The notes beneath the pieces were generated by a model that worked only from the letters and a program-made list of their open reading frames with translations, was not told the origin of the DNA and searched no databases. Below are positions 1 to 17,200 of a stretch of 64,000 nt of DNA, piece after piece (position 1 is the stretch's first letter; every line of letters starts with the position of its first letter). The translations under genes were made by a program, and so were the position numbers. Origin of the DNA: the human T2T-CHM13v2.0 reference genome, Homo sapiens. The stretch spans positions 2,464,001 through 2,528,000 of the forward strand of contig CP068257.2 of assembly GCA_009914755.4 (NCBI GenBank). The letters run 5' to 3'.

Positions 1-3565
<3,565 letters not shown>

Positions 3566-3624
3566 TATAATGTTAGCTTGATCTTTTGCCCATTTTTTGA
3601 TGCAGCTTCTTCATAGTATCAATG

Positions 3625-4648
3625 TTCTTTACAATTTGACATGTTTTTTGCAGGGGCTTGTACTGGTAGTTCCTTTCCATTATTAGTGCTTCCTTCAGGA
3701 GCTCTTGTAAGGCAGGCCAGGTGGTGACAAAATCTCTCTGCATTTGCTTGTCTGTAAAGGATTTTATTTCTCCTTCACTTATGAAGCTTAGTTTAGCTGG
3801 ATATGAAATTTTGGGCTGAAAATTCTTTTCTTTAAGAATGTTGAATATTGGTCCCCACTTTCTTCTGGCTTGCAGGGTTTCTGCTGACAGAACTGCTGTT
3901 AGTCTGATGGGCTTCCCTTTGTGGATAACCCAACCTTTCTCTCTGGCTGCCCTTAACATTTTTTCTTTCATTTCAACCCTGGTGAATCTGACAATTAGTG
4001 TCTTGGGGTTGCTCTTATCTAGAAGTATCTTTGTGGTATTCTCTGTATTTCCTGAATTTGAATGTTGGCCTGCCTTGCTATGTTGGAAAAGTTCTTCTGA
4101 ATAATAACCTAAGGAGTGTTTTCCAACTTGGTTCCAATCTCTCCATCACATTTAGGTACACCAAGCAAATGTAGATTTGGTCTTTTCACATTGTTCCATT
4201 TTTCGTGGAGGCTTTGTTTGTTTCTTTCCAATCTTTTTACTCTAAACTTACCTTCTCACTGTATTTTATTAATTTGATCTTCAATCACTGATATGCTTTC
4301 TTCCACTGGATTGAATCAGCTTTTGAAGGTTGTGCATGTGCCACAAAGTTCTTGTGCCATATCAGCTCCATAATGTCATTAATGTATTCTCTACACTGTT
4401 TATACTAGTTAGCCATTGTCTGACCATTTTTCATGGTTTTTAGCTTCCTTGCAGTGTGTTCAAACACGCTCTTTTAGCTCAGAGAAGTTTCTTATTAGCA
4501 ACCTTCTGAAGCCTCCTTCTGTCAACAGGTCAAAGTCATTCTCCGTTCAGCTTTGTTCTGTTGCTGGTGAGGAGCTGCAATCCTTTGAAGGAAAAGAAGT
4601 GTTCTGGGTTTTAGGATTTTCATCTTTTCTGCTCTGGATTCTTCCCAT
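3625..4648 (-). pseudogene. L1 ORF1 remnant (RNA-binding protein). The frame is broken and the original stop is read through by a frameshift.
   Basis: Track ORF 3573-3971 (minus) reads MKEKMLRAAREKGWVIHKGKPIRLTAVLSAETLQARRKWGPIFNILKEKNFQP..., which is the ORF1p C-terminal half. The reverse complement of 4560-4650 matches the ORF1 N-terminus (atgggaagaatccagagcagaaaag...ttcctcaccagcaacagaacaaagctg). Confidence 0.8.
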
Positions 4649-5700
4649 CTTTGTGGTTTTCTCTACCTTTGGTCTTTGATGTTGTTAACCTAGAGATGGG
4701 GTTTTGGTGTGGATGTCCTTTTTTTTTATGTTGATGCTATTCCTTTCTGTTTGTTAGTTTTCCTACTAACAGTCAGATCCCTCAGCTGCAGGTCTGTTGG
4801 ATTTTGCTGGAGGTCCACTCCAGGCCTTGTTTGCCTGGGTATCACCAGAAGAGGCTGAAGAACAGCAAATATTGCTTCCTGATCCTTCCCTGGAAGCTTC
4901 ATTGAAGAGGGGCTCCCACCTGTATGAGGTGTCTGTTGGCCCTTACTAGGAGTTGTCTCCCAGTTAGGCTACATGGGGTTCAGGGACCCACTTGAGGAGG
5001 CAGTATGTCCATTCTCAGAGCTCAAACACCATGCCGGGAGTACCACGGCTCTCTTCAGAGCTGTCAGATGGGATGTTTAAGTCCGCAGAAGTTTCTGCTA
5101 CCTTTTACTCAGCTATGCCCTGCCCACAGAGTTTGAGTTTATTAAGGCAGTAGGCCTTGCTGAGCTGTGAGTGGCTCTACCCAGTTCAAGCTTCCTGACC
5201 ACTTTATTTACCTACTCAAACCTCAAAAATTGCAGATTCCCCTCCCCCTGCCCAGCTGCTGCCTTGAAGGTTAATCTCAGACTGCTGCCCTAGCAGTGAA
5301 CAAGGCTCTCTGGGTGTGGGATTCAATGAACCCAGCACAGGAGAGAATCTCCTGGTCTGCCAGGTGCTAAGACTGTGGGAAAAGTGCAGCATTTGGGTGA
5401 GAGTGTCCTGTTTTTCCAGGTACAGTCTGTCATGCCTTCCCTCAGCTAGGAAAGGAAAATCCCTCAAACCCTTGCACTTCCTTGATGAGTTGATGCCCTG
5501 TCCTGCTTCGGCTAACCCTCCATGTGATGAACCCACTGTCCAACAAATCCCGATGAGATGAATCAGGTACCTCAGTTGGAAATGCAGAAATCAACCATTT
5601 TCTGCTTGATTACACTGGGAGCAAAATCGAATGCCATTAGGTATGCTTGCAGCAGCCAAAGGAGGGGTTTGAACCTTGCTGCATACTGAATGTTGTGTGT
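4649..5700 (-). promoter_or_regulatory. L1 5'UTR / internal promoter region, heavily CpG-decayed and probably inactive.
   Basis: The reverse complement aligns to the L1PA 5'UTR (ggaaatgcagaaatca, gtacctcagttgg, ccactccaggcc..gtttgcctgggtatcaccag). Very few CpGs remain. The 5' end of the element is not sharply defined. Confidence 0.55.
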
Positions 5701-6235
5701 GTATACCTGACAGTTCTCACAATATTACTTTCCTTGCCCAAGACATGCAAGGACAAGTAAAACAGTTAGAATCTAACTGTCAGGACCCCATCATGAATTG
5801 GCTGTCCAACTGACATTGGCGTTGGCCTTGGTGGGTGTGATTTTATTTAATTGTGCTTTAATTCTCCTCTGCTTACCCTGCTTCTTTAACCTCTACCAAT
5901 GATGTATTCCCCGTATATCTGCAAGGGTATTTTCCTACAATTGAGTATCAAGTGGGACCGAATACAGAGAAAAAGTTAAATAATATATTTCAACTCAATT
6001 GAACATGGACACAATGGTCACCAAGTCCCAGAATAGGTTTTGTGAGCCCCTTGAGGCATTCATCCAGCACTGTTTCAGAGAAATCTCTATTTCAATCTAT
6101 TCCTATACGTTAGTTATTGAAAAACAACAGACAATGGCAAAAACAAATTGACCTTTTTGTGTTCCTTTGTGCATGGACGAATGGCTGACTCTGGAGCCCA
6201 GGCTGTTGCTTCTCGGTCTGGTGATCAATCTTCCA

Positions 6236-6278
6236 TAGTCTATCTATATATATATACATATACATATATATACACATT
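6236..6278. repeat. Short (TA)n / (TATACA)n simple-sequence repeat.
   Basis: Visible as ctatctatatatatatacatatacatatatatacaca. Confidence 0.7.
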
Positions 6279-6812
6279 TTTTTCCTTCTCCCCTTTCCCA
6301 TTGTAATTTGCTTGTTGTATCAATTTGCTTATTCTATCATCATTTGCTTATTATATCTGCATTGCCATTTATGTGGGATAGAGTTTGTTGACCTTTAAAG
6401 TTTTGTGTGTGTGTGTTTTCTCCTCCCCTGGAGCATCTCCTGCACATAACACCTCTCTTCCTGTCATAGCCAGAAATTCAGTTTTTAAGTTTTTTTCTGG
6501 GGTCTTCTTGCTCAAGAGGAAGTATGTTCAGTGATACGTGGCTTAGAATTTTATTTTTAGCTTTTATTACATTCTAAACCCCCAGCAGAAAGAAGTCTTA
6601 ACAAACACAGATTTTAATTTATGAACATTCTTCTAATAAGTTTTGTATGGTAGCGGAACAACTAAAAAAACTGTTTTTTGCATTGATGACCTACCTCATT
6701 ACAATTTAACCTCTAAAGGTTGTTTTAGCCAGCTCTACAGGCTGCTATGGTTAAGGTGAATTTACTGCTTCTTCCCACAATAGAGAATGGTATTTTAAAA
6801 TAGCATAACTTC

Positions 6813-7028
6813 TATGGAATATATTTTTAAAGCATGACCACAATTTGAATAATTAGAATATTTAAAAATTCCGAAGATTGTTATACCAACGCTGCACTAA
6901 AATTTATCCTTCCATTGATGACAGGGAATTTTTAATAGTTATTTTTATAATAAATTAAATTTTAATAAAATAACTGACTTTCAAACTTTAGCAAGAGGAC
7001 ACATATTCAGACAGAGATATCAGTTCCC
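6813..7028 (+). repeat. Left arm of a diverged inverted repeat. A candidate relic of a non-autonomous DNA transposon with long TIRs, or a local inverted duplication.
   Basis: 6950-7028 (taactgactttcaaactttagcaagaggacacatattcagacagagatatcagttccc) is about 90% identical to the reverse complement of 7639-7710. 6813-6950 aligns by eye (roughly 80% identity) to the reverse complement of 7710-7858, e.g. gggaatttttaatagtt(a/g)ttattttt and ataattagaatat(t/c)taaaaa. Confidence 0.7.
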
Positions 7029-7259
7029 CCTTAGAAAAAAATATTCACTTCTCATTAAAATCTCTCTGTATCTTACTGATTTCAGATAGAAGTTAAATTT
7101 CACCTTAATAACAGAAACAAAAGAACTAGTTAAACTGACAAAAACTAATAAACGTATGCCCAAATTTACTGGCAGAATCATGAGTACACCATATAATAGT
7201 AACATTCTACCAGTTTTAAGTAAAATAAATGAGGAAATAATCTTGACTGTACAACCTAC

Positions 7260-7640
7260 CAGGAGGGGCGTGTCCCTGCTCCCAGATGAGTGGGAACGCT
7301 GCACTCTGGAGTGGTTGCGCCTCAGCTTCTGGCAACTCTTGTTGGCAGCATTGCCATTGCAGGGACAAGGCAGGCATTGGGGGGGCGGGCAGTGGGCCAG
7401 GCCCAGGCACGTCCTTTGCCAGAGACTGGGCAGGTGCGGAGAGGGGCGAAGCAGTGCTGCCCTGGTCGAGGGAGCCTCCCGCTCTGGACGGTTCGCCGCA
7501 CCTGCCCCAGGAGGTTGCTGCAGGAGCTGGGTGGGGAAGGGGAGGGATGAGGGGATGCAGGCCAGATCAGGTGGCCCCTTAGCCCTGGGTGATGCAAGAG
7601 GGGCTGTGGGAGACCAGAGAAGACCCGGAGCAGAAACTGG
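7260..7640. other. GC-rich (about 65% GC) but CpG-depleted block inside the inverted-repeat spacer. A second similar block lies at 7870-8170. No recognisable gene.
   Basis: About 13 CpGs in roughly 380 bp, which gives an observed/expected ratio of about 0.3 by hand count. ORFs are open on both strands simultaneously (7020-7712 minus, 7156-7647 plus), as is typical of GC-rich non-coding sequence. Confidence 0.5.
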
Positions 7641-7858
7641 GAACTGATATCTCTGGCTGAATATTTGTCCTCTTGCTGAAGTTTGAAAGTCAGTTATTTC
7701 ATTACAGTTCAATTTTATTACAAAAATAACAACTATTAAAAATTCCCTGTAGTCACTGGAATGATAAATTTTGGTGCAGTTTTAGCATAACAATCTTTGG
7801 AGTTTTTAGATATTCTAATTATTGAAACTGCAGCCATGTTTCAAAATACATGCCATAT
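7639..7858 (-). repeat. Right arm of the same inverted repeat. A 610-bp spacer (7029-7638) separates the two arms.
   Basis: gggaactgatatctctggctgaatatttgtcctcttgctgaagtttgaaagtcagtta is the reverse complement of the left arm end. Homology continues out to about 7858 (catgccatata matched by tatggaatg). Confidence 0.7.
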
Positions 7859-8254
7859 ATTTTTATGGCATCCACCCCTGGGTCCCTGTGTCCCGCATCC
7901 GCCTCTGTGTACCTGCTGGCTCAGGAAACGAGCTTCTTCCTACTTCCACAGACTCCAATCAGGCTGCCCTTCCTCCTGGTACTTGAGGCACACGTGGGGA
8001 TAGCCTGCCAGTGAATAGCCCGAGAATGCCCGGCCTGTGCCGTGTGCTCAGAGTGGGGTCCTGGCTGGTGCCCCTCAGAGCCCCTCACAAAGCAGGGCTA
8101 GGTGTGGAGGGACCTAGCACCAGGCAGCGGTGAGCGGATGGATGCTCCAGGGATGTGGGGCTGCTGACAGTCAAGAACCCTTTGCCAAATTCAATGGCAT
8201 AATGTAGGATATTTTTTCCCTTATATTTTTGTGTAGGAGTTTTACAACTTTCAG

Positions 8255-11200
8255 CCTTACATTTGTATTTTCTTAACATAGGATTCCAGAACAATGCTAC
8301 GAGGGTCTGAATGCCTGTCGCACACATAGGATTCTAGAACACCCCAGCTGTCGTCTGAATGATTGCCCCCCACATATGATTCCAGAACACTGCTGCTGCG
8401 GTCTGAATGATTGTACCTCACACAGGATTCCAGAACACTCCTCCTCTAGTCTGAATGTTTGTCCCTCAGATAATATTCCGGAACACTGCTGCTGGGTTCT
8501 GAGTGTTTGTCCCTCACATAGGATTCCAGAACACTGCTAAGAGGGTCTGAATGTTTGTCCTTCACATGAGATTGCAGAACACTGCTAAGAGGGTACGATT
8601 GTTTCTACCTCACATAAGATTCCAGAACACTTCTACGAGGGTCTGAATCTTTGTCCCATACATAGGACTCCAGAACACTCCTGCTGTGTTCTGAATGTGT
8701 TTTCCTAACATAGGATTCCAGAACAATGCTACGAGGGTCTGAATGCTTCTCCCACAAGTAGGATTCCAGAACACCCCAGCTGCAGTCTGAATGATTGTCC
8801 CTCACATAGGATTCCAGAACACTGCTGCTGGGTTCTGAGTGTTTCTCCCTCACATAGGATTCCAGAACACTGCTACAAGGGTCTGAATGATTGTACCTCA
8901 CATAGGATTCCAGAACACTCCTGCTCTGGTCTGAATTTTTGTCCCTCAGATAGGATTCCAGAACACTACTACTGGGTTCTGAGTGTTTGTCTCCCACGTA
9001 GGATTCCACAACACTGCTACGAGGGTCTGAATGTTTGTCCCACACATAGGACTCCAGAACACTCCTGCTCTGGTCTGAATGTTTGTCCCTCAGATAGGAT
9101 TCCAGAACACAGCTTCTGGGTTCTGAGTATTTGTCCCTCACATAGGATTCCAGAACACTGCTACTGGGTTCTGAGTGTTTCTCCCTCACATAGGATTCCA
9201 CAACACTGCTAAGAGTTTCTGAATGTTTGTCTCATACATAGGATTCCAGAACACTGCTACGTGGGTCTAAATGTTTGTCCCTCACATAGGATTCCAGAAC
9301 ACTACTGATGTGGTCTGAATGCTTGACCCTCACATAGGATTCCAGAATATTCCTGTTGTCTTCTGGGTGTTTGTGACTCACAAGGGTTTCCAGATCTATC
9401 CTGCTGTGTTCTGAATGTTTCCCCCTCAGATAGGATTCCAAAACATTCCTTCTGTGGTCTGAGTGTTTGTCTCTCAAATAGGATTCCAAAACACTGCTAC
9501 TGGGGTCTGAATGTTTGTGCCTCAAATAGGATTCCAGAACACTGCTACGAGGGTCTGAATTATTCTCCCTCACATAGCATTCCAGAACACTCCTGCTGTG
9601 GTCTGAATGTTTATGCCTCACTCAGGATTCCAGAACATTCCTGCTGTGGTCTGAATGGTTGTCCCTCACTTAGGATTCCAGAACACTGCTGTTGGGTTCT
9701 GAGTGTTTGTCCCGCACATAAGATTCCAGAACACTGCTACTTGGGTGTCAATGTTTGTCCCTCAGATAGGATTCCAGAACACTGCTGATGGGGTCTGAAT
9801 GCTTGTCCCTCACATTGGATTCCAGAACACTCCTGCTGTGGTCTGAATGTTTGAACATCACATAGGATTACAGAACACTGCTGCGGGTTTCTGAGTATTT
9901 GTCCCTCTCATAGGATTCCGGAACACTGCTATGAGAGTCTGAATATTTGTCCCACACATAGGACTCCAGAACACTCCCGCTGTGTTCTGAATGTATTTTC
10001 CTAAAATAGGATTCCAGAACAATGCTACGAGAGTCTGAATGCGTTTCCAACCCGTAGGATTCAAGAAGACCCCAGTTGTGGTCTCAATGATTGTCCCTCA
10101 CATAGGATTCCAGAACACTGCTGCTGTGTTCTGAGTGTTTTTCCCTCACATAGGATTCCAGACCACTGCTACGAGGGTCTGAATTATTCTCCCTCACATA
10201 GGATTCCAGAACACTCCTGCTGTGGTCTGAATGTTTGCCCCTCACTTAGGATTCCAGAACACTGCTGCGGGGTTCTGAGTGTTTGTCCCTCACATAGGAT
10301 TCCAGAACACTGTTACGAGGTTCTGAAAGTTTGTCCCTCACGTAGGATTCCATTACACTAGTGCTGTGGTCTGAATGGTTGACACTCACATAGGATTCCA
10401 GAACATTCCTGCTGTATTCTGAATGGTTGACCCTCACATAGGATTCCAGTACATTCCTGCTGTGGTCTGGGTGTTTTTGCCTCACATGGGATTTCATAAC
10501 AATCCTGCTGTGGTCTGACTGTTTGTCCCTCACATAGGATTCCAAAACATTCCTGCTGTTTTCTGAGTGTTTGTACCACAAATAGGATTCCAGAATACTG
10601 CTACTGGTGTCTGAAAGTTTGTCCCTCACATTGGATTACAGAACACTGCTATCAGCGTCTGATTTATTCTCCCTCATATAGGATTCCAGAACACTCCTGC
10701 TGTGGTCTGAATGTTTGTCCCACTCTTAGGATTCCAGAACACTGCTGTTGGAGTCTGAGTGTTTGTCCCTCATGTACGATTCCAGAACACTGCTACGTGG
10801 GTCTAAATGATTTTCCCTCACATCAGATTCCAGAACACTGCTACGAGGCTCTGAATGTTTGTCCCACACATAGGACTCCAGAACACTCCTGCTTTGTTCT
10901 GAAGGTATTTTCCTCACATAGGATTCCAGAACAATGCTACAAGGGTCTGAATGTTTGTTCCACACGTGGGATTCCAGAACACCTCAGTGGTTTTCTGAAT
11001 GATTGTCCCACACATAGGATTCCAGAACAATGCTGCTGGGTTCTGAGTGTTTGTCCTTCAAATATGTTTCCAGAACACTCCTGCTCTGGTCAGAATGTTT
11101 GTCACTCACTGAAGATTCCAGATCCCTGTTCTTGGGTACTGAGTGTTTCCCCCCCATACGATTCCAGAACATTGCTACGTGGATCTAAATGTTGGTCCCT

Positions 11201-14200
11201 CCCATAGAATTCCAGAACACTGCTACGAGGTTCTGAATGCTTGTCCCGCACATAGGACTCCAGAACACTCCTACTGTGTTCTGAATGTTCTTCCTCACAT
11301 AGGATTCCAGAACAATGCTACGAGGTTCTGAATATTTGTCCCACACCTAGGGATCCAAAACACCCCAACTGGGGTCTGAATGACTGTCCCTCACATAGGA
11401 CTCCAGAACACTGCTGCTGTGTTCTGAATGTTCTTCCTCACATAGTATTCCATAACATTGCTATGAGGGTCTGAATGTTTGTCTCACACATAGGGACCCA
11501 GAACATCCCAGATGTGGTGTGAATGATTGTCCCTCACATAGGATTCCAGAACGCAGCTGCTGGGTTCTGAGTGTTTCTCCTTTACGTAGGATTCCAAAAC
11601 ATTGCTACTGGGATCTGAATTTTTCTCCCTCACATAGGATTCCAGAACTCTGCTATGAGGATCTTAATTATTCTCCCTCACATAGGATTCCAGAACACTC
11701 CTGTTGTGGTCTGAATGTTTGTCCCTCACTTAAGCTTCCAGAACACTGCTGTCGGGTTCTGGGTGTTTGACCCTCACGTACGATTCCAAAACACTGCTAC
11801 GTGTGTCTAAATGTTTTTCCCTCACATAAGATTCCAGAACACTGCTATGAGGGTCTGTATGTTTGTCCCGCACGTAGGTCCGCAGAACACTACTGCTGTG
11901 TTCTGAAGGGTTTTTCCTCACATAGGATTCCAGAACAATGCTACAATGGTATAAATGATTGTCCCTCACAGAGGATTCCAGCACACTTCTTCTGGGTTCT
12001 GAATGTTTCTCCCTCACATAGGATTACAGAACACTCCTTCTATGATCTGAATGTTTGTCCCTCACTTAGGAATGCAGAACACTGCTGTTGGGTTCTGACT
12101 GTTTGTCCTTCACGTACGGTTACAGAACACTGATACATGGGTGTAAATGTTTGTCCCTCACATAGGAGTCTAGAACACTGCTACAAGGGACTGAATGTTT
12201 GTCTCGCACATAGGACTCTGGAACACACCTAGTGTGTTCTGAAAGTATTTTCCTCACATAGGATTCCACAGCAATGCTACGTGAGTCTGAATCTTTGTCC
12301 CAAACCTAGGACTCCAGAACAACTCAGCTGTGGTCTGAATGATTGTCCCTCACATAGGATTCCAGAACACTGCTGCTGGGTTGTGAGTGTTTCTCCCTCA
12401 CATGGTATTCCAGAACACTGCTACTGTGGTCTGAAAGTTTTTCCCTCACATAGGATTGCAGAACACTGCTACGAGGGTCTGAATTATTCTCCCTCACATA
12501 GGATTCCAGAAGATTCCTTCGTGGTCTGTATGTTTGTCCCTCAATTAGGATTCCAGGACACTGCTGTAGGGTTCCAAGTGTTTGTCTCTCACGTGCGGTT
12601 CCAGAACACTGCTCCCTGGGTCTAAAAGTTTGTTCCTCACATAGGATTGCAGAACAGTGCTACAAGGGTCCGGGTCTGAATGTTTGCCCCACACATAGGA
12701 TTCCAGAATACCTCAACTGTGGTATGAATGATTGTCCCTCATATAGGATTCCACAATACTACTACTGGGTTATGAGTGTTTCTCCCTCACATGGCATTCC
12801 AGAACACTGCTACAAGGGACTGAATGTTTGTCCCGCACATAGGACTCCACAACACTCCTGTTGTGTTCTGAATGTATTTTCCTCAAAGAGGATTCCAGAA
12901 AAATGCTACGCGGGTCTGCATGTTTGTCCCACACGTAGGACTCCAGAACACCCCGGCTGTAGTCTGAATGATTGTCCCTCACATAGGATTGCAGAACACT
13001 GCTTCTGGGTTGAGCATTTCTCCCTCACATAGGATTCCAGAACACTGCTACGAGGGTCTGTATTATTTTCCCTCACAATGGATTCCAGAATATTCCTTCT
13101 GTGATCTGTGTGTTTTTCCCTCAATTAGCATTCCAGGACACCGCTGCTGGGTTCTGAGTGTTTCTCCCTCACATAGGATTGCAGAACCCTGCTACTGACA
13201 TCTGAATATTTGTCCCTCACAAAGGATTCCAGAACACTGCTGCAATGGTCTGAATTATTCTCCCTCACATAGGACTCCAGGACACTCCTACTGTGGTCTG
13301 AATGTTTTTCCCTCACTTAGGACTCCAAAACACTGCTGTTGGGTTCTGAGTGTTTGTCCCTCATGTACGATTCCAGAACACTGCTACGTGCTTCTAAATG
13401 TTTGTCCCTCACATAGGATTCCAGAACACTACCATGAGAGTATGAGTGTTTGTCATGCACATAGGACTCCAGAACACTCCTTCTGTGTTCTGAATGTTCT
13501 TCCTCACATAGGATTCTGGAACAATGATACGAGGGTCTGAATGTTTGTCCCACACGTAGGATTCCAGAACACCCCAGCTGTGTTCTGAATGATTGTCCCT
13601 TACATAGAATTCCAGAACACTGCTGCTGGGTTCTGAGATTTTTTCCCCTTATGTAGGATTCCAGAACACTGCTGCTGTGGCCTGAATGTTTGTTCCTCAC
13701 ATAGGATTCCAGAACTCTCTTGCTGTGGTCTGAATGTTTGTCCCTCCTATAGGATTCCAGAACACTGCTGCTGTGTTCTGAAAGGTTGACCCTTACATAG
13801 GATTCCAGAACACCCCTGTTGTGGTCTGGGTGTTTGTGCCTTACGTGGGATTCCAGAACAATCCTGCTGTGGTCTGCATGATTCTCCCTCACATAGGATT
13901 CCAAAACATTCCTGCTGTGGTCTGAGTGTTTGTCCCACAAATAGGATTCCAGAATACTTCTACTGTGGTCTGAAAGTTTGTTCCTCACGTAGGATTCCAG
14001 AGCACTGCTACGAGGGTCTGAATGTTTGTCCCACACATAGGACTCCACAACACTCCTGCTGTCTTCTGAATGTTCTTCCTCACATAGGATTCCAGAACAT
14101 TACTACGAGGGTCTGAATGTTTGTCCCACACCTAGGGATCCAGAACACCCCAGCTGTGGTCTGAATGATTGTCCAACACATAGGATTCCAGAACACTGCT

Positions 14201-17200
14201 GCTGGGTTCTGAGTGTTTCTCCCTCACAGAGGATTCCATAACACTGCTACTGGGGTCTGAATTTTTTTCCCTCAGATAGGATTCGAGAACACTGCTACAA
14301 GGGTCTCAATTATTCTCCCACACATGGGATTCCAGAACACTCCTGCTGTGGTCTGAATGTTTGTCCCTCACTTAAGATTCCAGAACACTGTTGTTGGGTT
14401 CGGAATGTTTGTTCCTCACGTACGATTCCAGAAGACTGCTATGTGGGTCTAAATGTTTTTCCCTTACCTAGGATTCCAGAACACTGTTACGAGGGTCTGT
14501 ATGTTTGTCTCGCACATAGATCTCCAGAATACTACTGCTGTGTTTTGAAGGTGTTTTTCTCACATAGGATTCCAGAACAATGCTACAACGGTCTGGATGA
14601 TTGTCTCTTACATAGGATTCCAGAACATGGCTTATGGGTTCTGAGTGTTTCTCCCTCACATAGGATTACAGAACACTCCTTCTGTGGTCTGAATGTTTGT
14701 CGCTCACTTAGGAATCCAGAACACTGCTGTTGGGTTCTGAGTGTCCCTCACGTAGGGTTACAGAACAATTCTACATGAGTCTAAATGTTTGTCCCTCACA
14801 TAGGATTCCAGAACCGTGCTACGAAGGACTGAATGCTTTTTCTTCATATAAGACTACAGAACACTCCTGCTGTGTTCTGAATGTATTTTATTCACATAGA
14901 AGTCCCGAACAATGCTACAAGGTTCTGAATCTTTGTTCCACACGTAGGATTCTAGTACACCCTAGCGGTTTTCTGAATGATTGTCCCACACATAGGACTC
15001 CAGAACACTGCTGCTGGGTTCTGAAGCTTTCTCCCTCAAATAGGTTTCCAGAACTCTCCTGTTGTGGTCAGAATGTTTGTCCCTCACTGAGGATTCCAGA
15101 TCCCTGCCCTTGGGTACTGAGTGTTTGCCTCACATAGGATTCCAGAACACTGCTACTGTGGACTGCTTTTATATCCCGCATATAGGCTTCCAGAACACTC
15201 CTGCTGTGTTTTGAAAGTATTTTATTCACACAGGATTCCAGAACAACGCTACTAGCGTGTGAATGTTTCTTTCACATGTAGGATTTCAGAGCACCCCAGG
15301 TGTGATCTGAATGATTGTCCCTCCCATAGGATTCCAGAACACTGCTGCTCAGTTGTGAGTGTTTCTCCCTCACATAGGATTCCAGAACACTACTGCTGTG
15401 GTCTGAATGTTTGTCCCTCACATAGGATTCCAGAACACTGCTACGAGTGTCTGAATTATTCTCCCTCACATAGGATTCCAGAAGATTCCTGCTGTGGTCT
15501 GAATGTTTGTCCCTCACTTGGGATTCTAGGACACTGCTGTTGGGTTCTGAGTGTTTGTCCCTTATGTAAGATTCCAGAACACTGTTCCGTGGGTTTAAAT
15601 GTTTATCCCTCACATAGGATTGCAGAATACTGCTGTGAGGTTCTGAATGTTTGTCCCGCACAATGGACTCCAGAAATCTCCTTCTGTGTTTTGAATGTAT
15701 TTACCTCACATAAAATTCCAGAACAATGCTAAGAGGGTCTGAATGTTTGTCCCACACTTAGGAATCCAGAACACCACAGCTGTGGTCTGAAAGATCGTCC
15801 CTCACATTGGATTCCCGAACACTGCTGCTGGGTTCTGAGTGTTTCTCCTTCACATAGGACTCCAGAACTCTGCTACGAGGTTCTGAATGATTGTACCTCA
15901 CATAGTATTCCAGAACCCTCCTGCTCCGTTCTGAATATTTGTCCCACAGATAGGATTCCAGATCACTGCTCTTAGGTTCTGCACGTTTGTCCCTCAAATA
16001 GGATTCCAGAACACTGCTGCTGTGTTCAAAATGTTTGTTCCTCGCATAGGACTCCAGAACTCACCTGCTATGGTCTGAACGATTGTCCCTCATATAGGAA
16101 TCCAGAACATTACTGCCTTGGTCTGAATTGTTGACCAGAATCCTGCTGTGGTCTGAATGTTTCTCCCTCACATAGGTTCCAAAACATTCCTGCTGTTTTC
16201 TGAGTGTTTCTCCCACAAATAGGATTCCAGAACACTGCTACTGTGGTCTGAAAGTTTCTCCCTCACATAGGATTCCAGAACACTGCTACAAGGGTCTGAA
16301 TTATTCTCCATCATATAGGATTCCAGAACACTCCTGTTGTCGTCTGAATGTTTATCCCTCACTGAGGATTCCAGAACACTGCTGTTGGGTTCTGAGTGTT
16401 TGTCCCTCATGTACGATTCCAGAACCCTGCCACGTGGGTCTAAATGTTTGTCCCTCACACAGGACTCCAGAACAATGCTACGAGGGTCTGAATCTTTGTC
16501 CCAAACTTGGATTCCAGAACCCACCAGCTGTGATCTTTCTGATGGTCTCTCACATAGGATCCAGAACAATGACGCTGGGTTCTGAGTGTTTCTCCCTCAC
16601 ATAGGAATCCAGAACACTCTTGCTGTTGTCTGAATGTGTGTCCCTCACTTAGGTTTCCAGAATACTGCTGTTGGGTTCTGAGTGTTTGTCCCTCATTTAC
16701 GATTCCAGACCACTGCTACGTGTCTCTAAATGTTTGTCCCTCAGATAGGATTCCCGAACACCGCTACGAGGGTCTGAATGTTTGTCCCACAGTTAGGTTT
16801 CCAGAACACCCCAGCTATCGTCTGAATGATTGGCCTTCATATAAGATTCTGGAAAACTGCTGCTGGTTTCTGAGAGGTTCTCTCTCACATAGGATTTCAG
16901 AACACTGCTGCTGGGGTCTGAAAGTTTGTCCCTCACATAGGATTCCAGAGCACTGCTACGAGGTTCTGAATTATTCTCCCTCACATAGGATTCCAGAACA
17001 CTCCTGCCATCATCTGAATGTCCCTCACTTAGGATTCCAGAACACTGCTGTTGTGTTCTGAGTGTTTGTCCCTCACGTACTATTCCAGCACACTGGTACG
17101 TGGGTCTAAATGTTTGTCCCTCTCATAGGATTCCAGAACACTGCTATGAGTGTCTGAATGTTTGTCCCTCACATAGGGTTCCAGAACTCTCCTGCTGTGG

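Noticed and set aside
7260-7640. Considered a CpG island or active promoter.
   Set aside because: A hand count gives about 13 CpGs in 380 bp at roughly 65% GC, an observed/expected ratio of about 0.3. This is far below the island criteria, so the block is GC-rich but CpG-decayed.
7020-7712. ORFs 7020-7712 (minus, 230 aa), 7156-7647 (plus, 163 aa) and nested ORFs 7286-7582, 7290-7550 and 7322-7597 as candidate genes.
   Set aside because: They overlap each other on both strands inside a GC-rich block, which is the classic spurious-ORF signature. Their compositions are low-complexity Pro/Gly/Ala/Arg. No motif is recognisable, and the ORFs run into the inverted-repeat arms.
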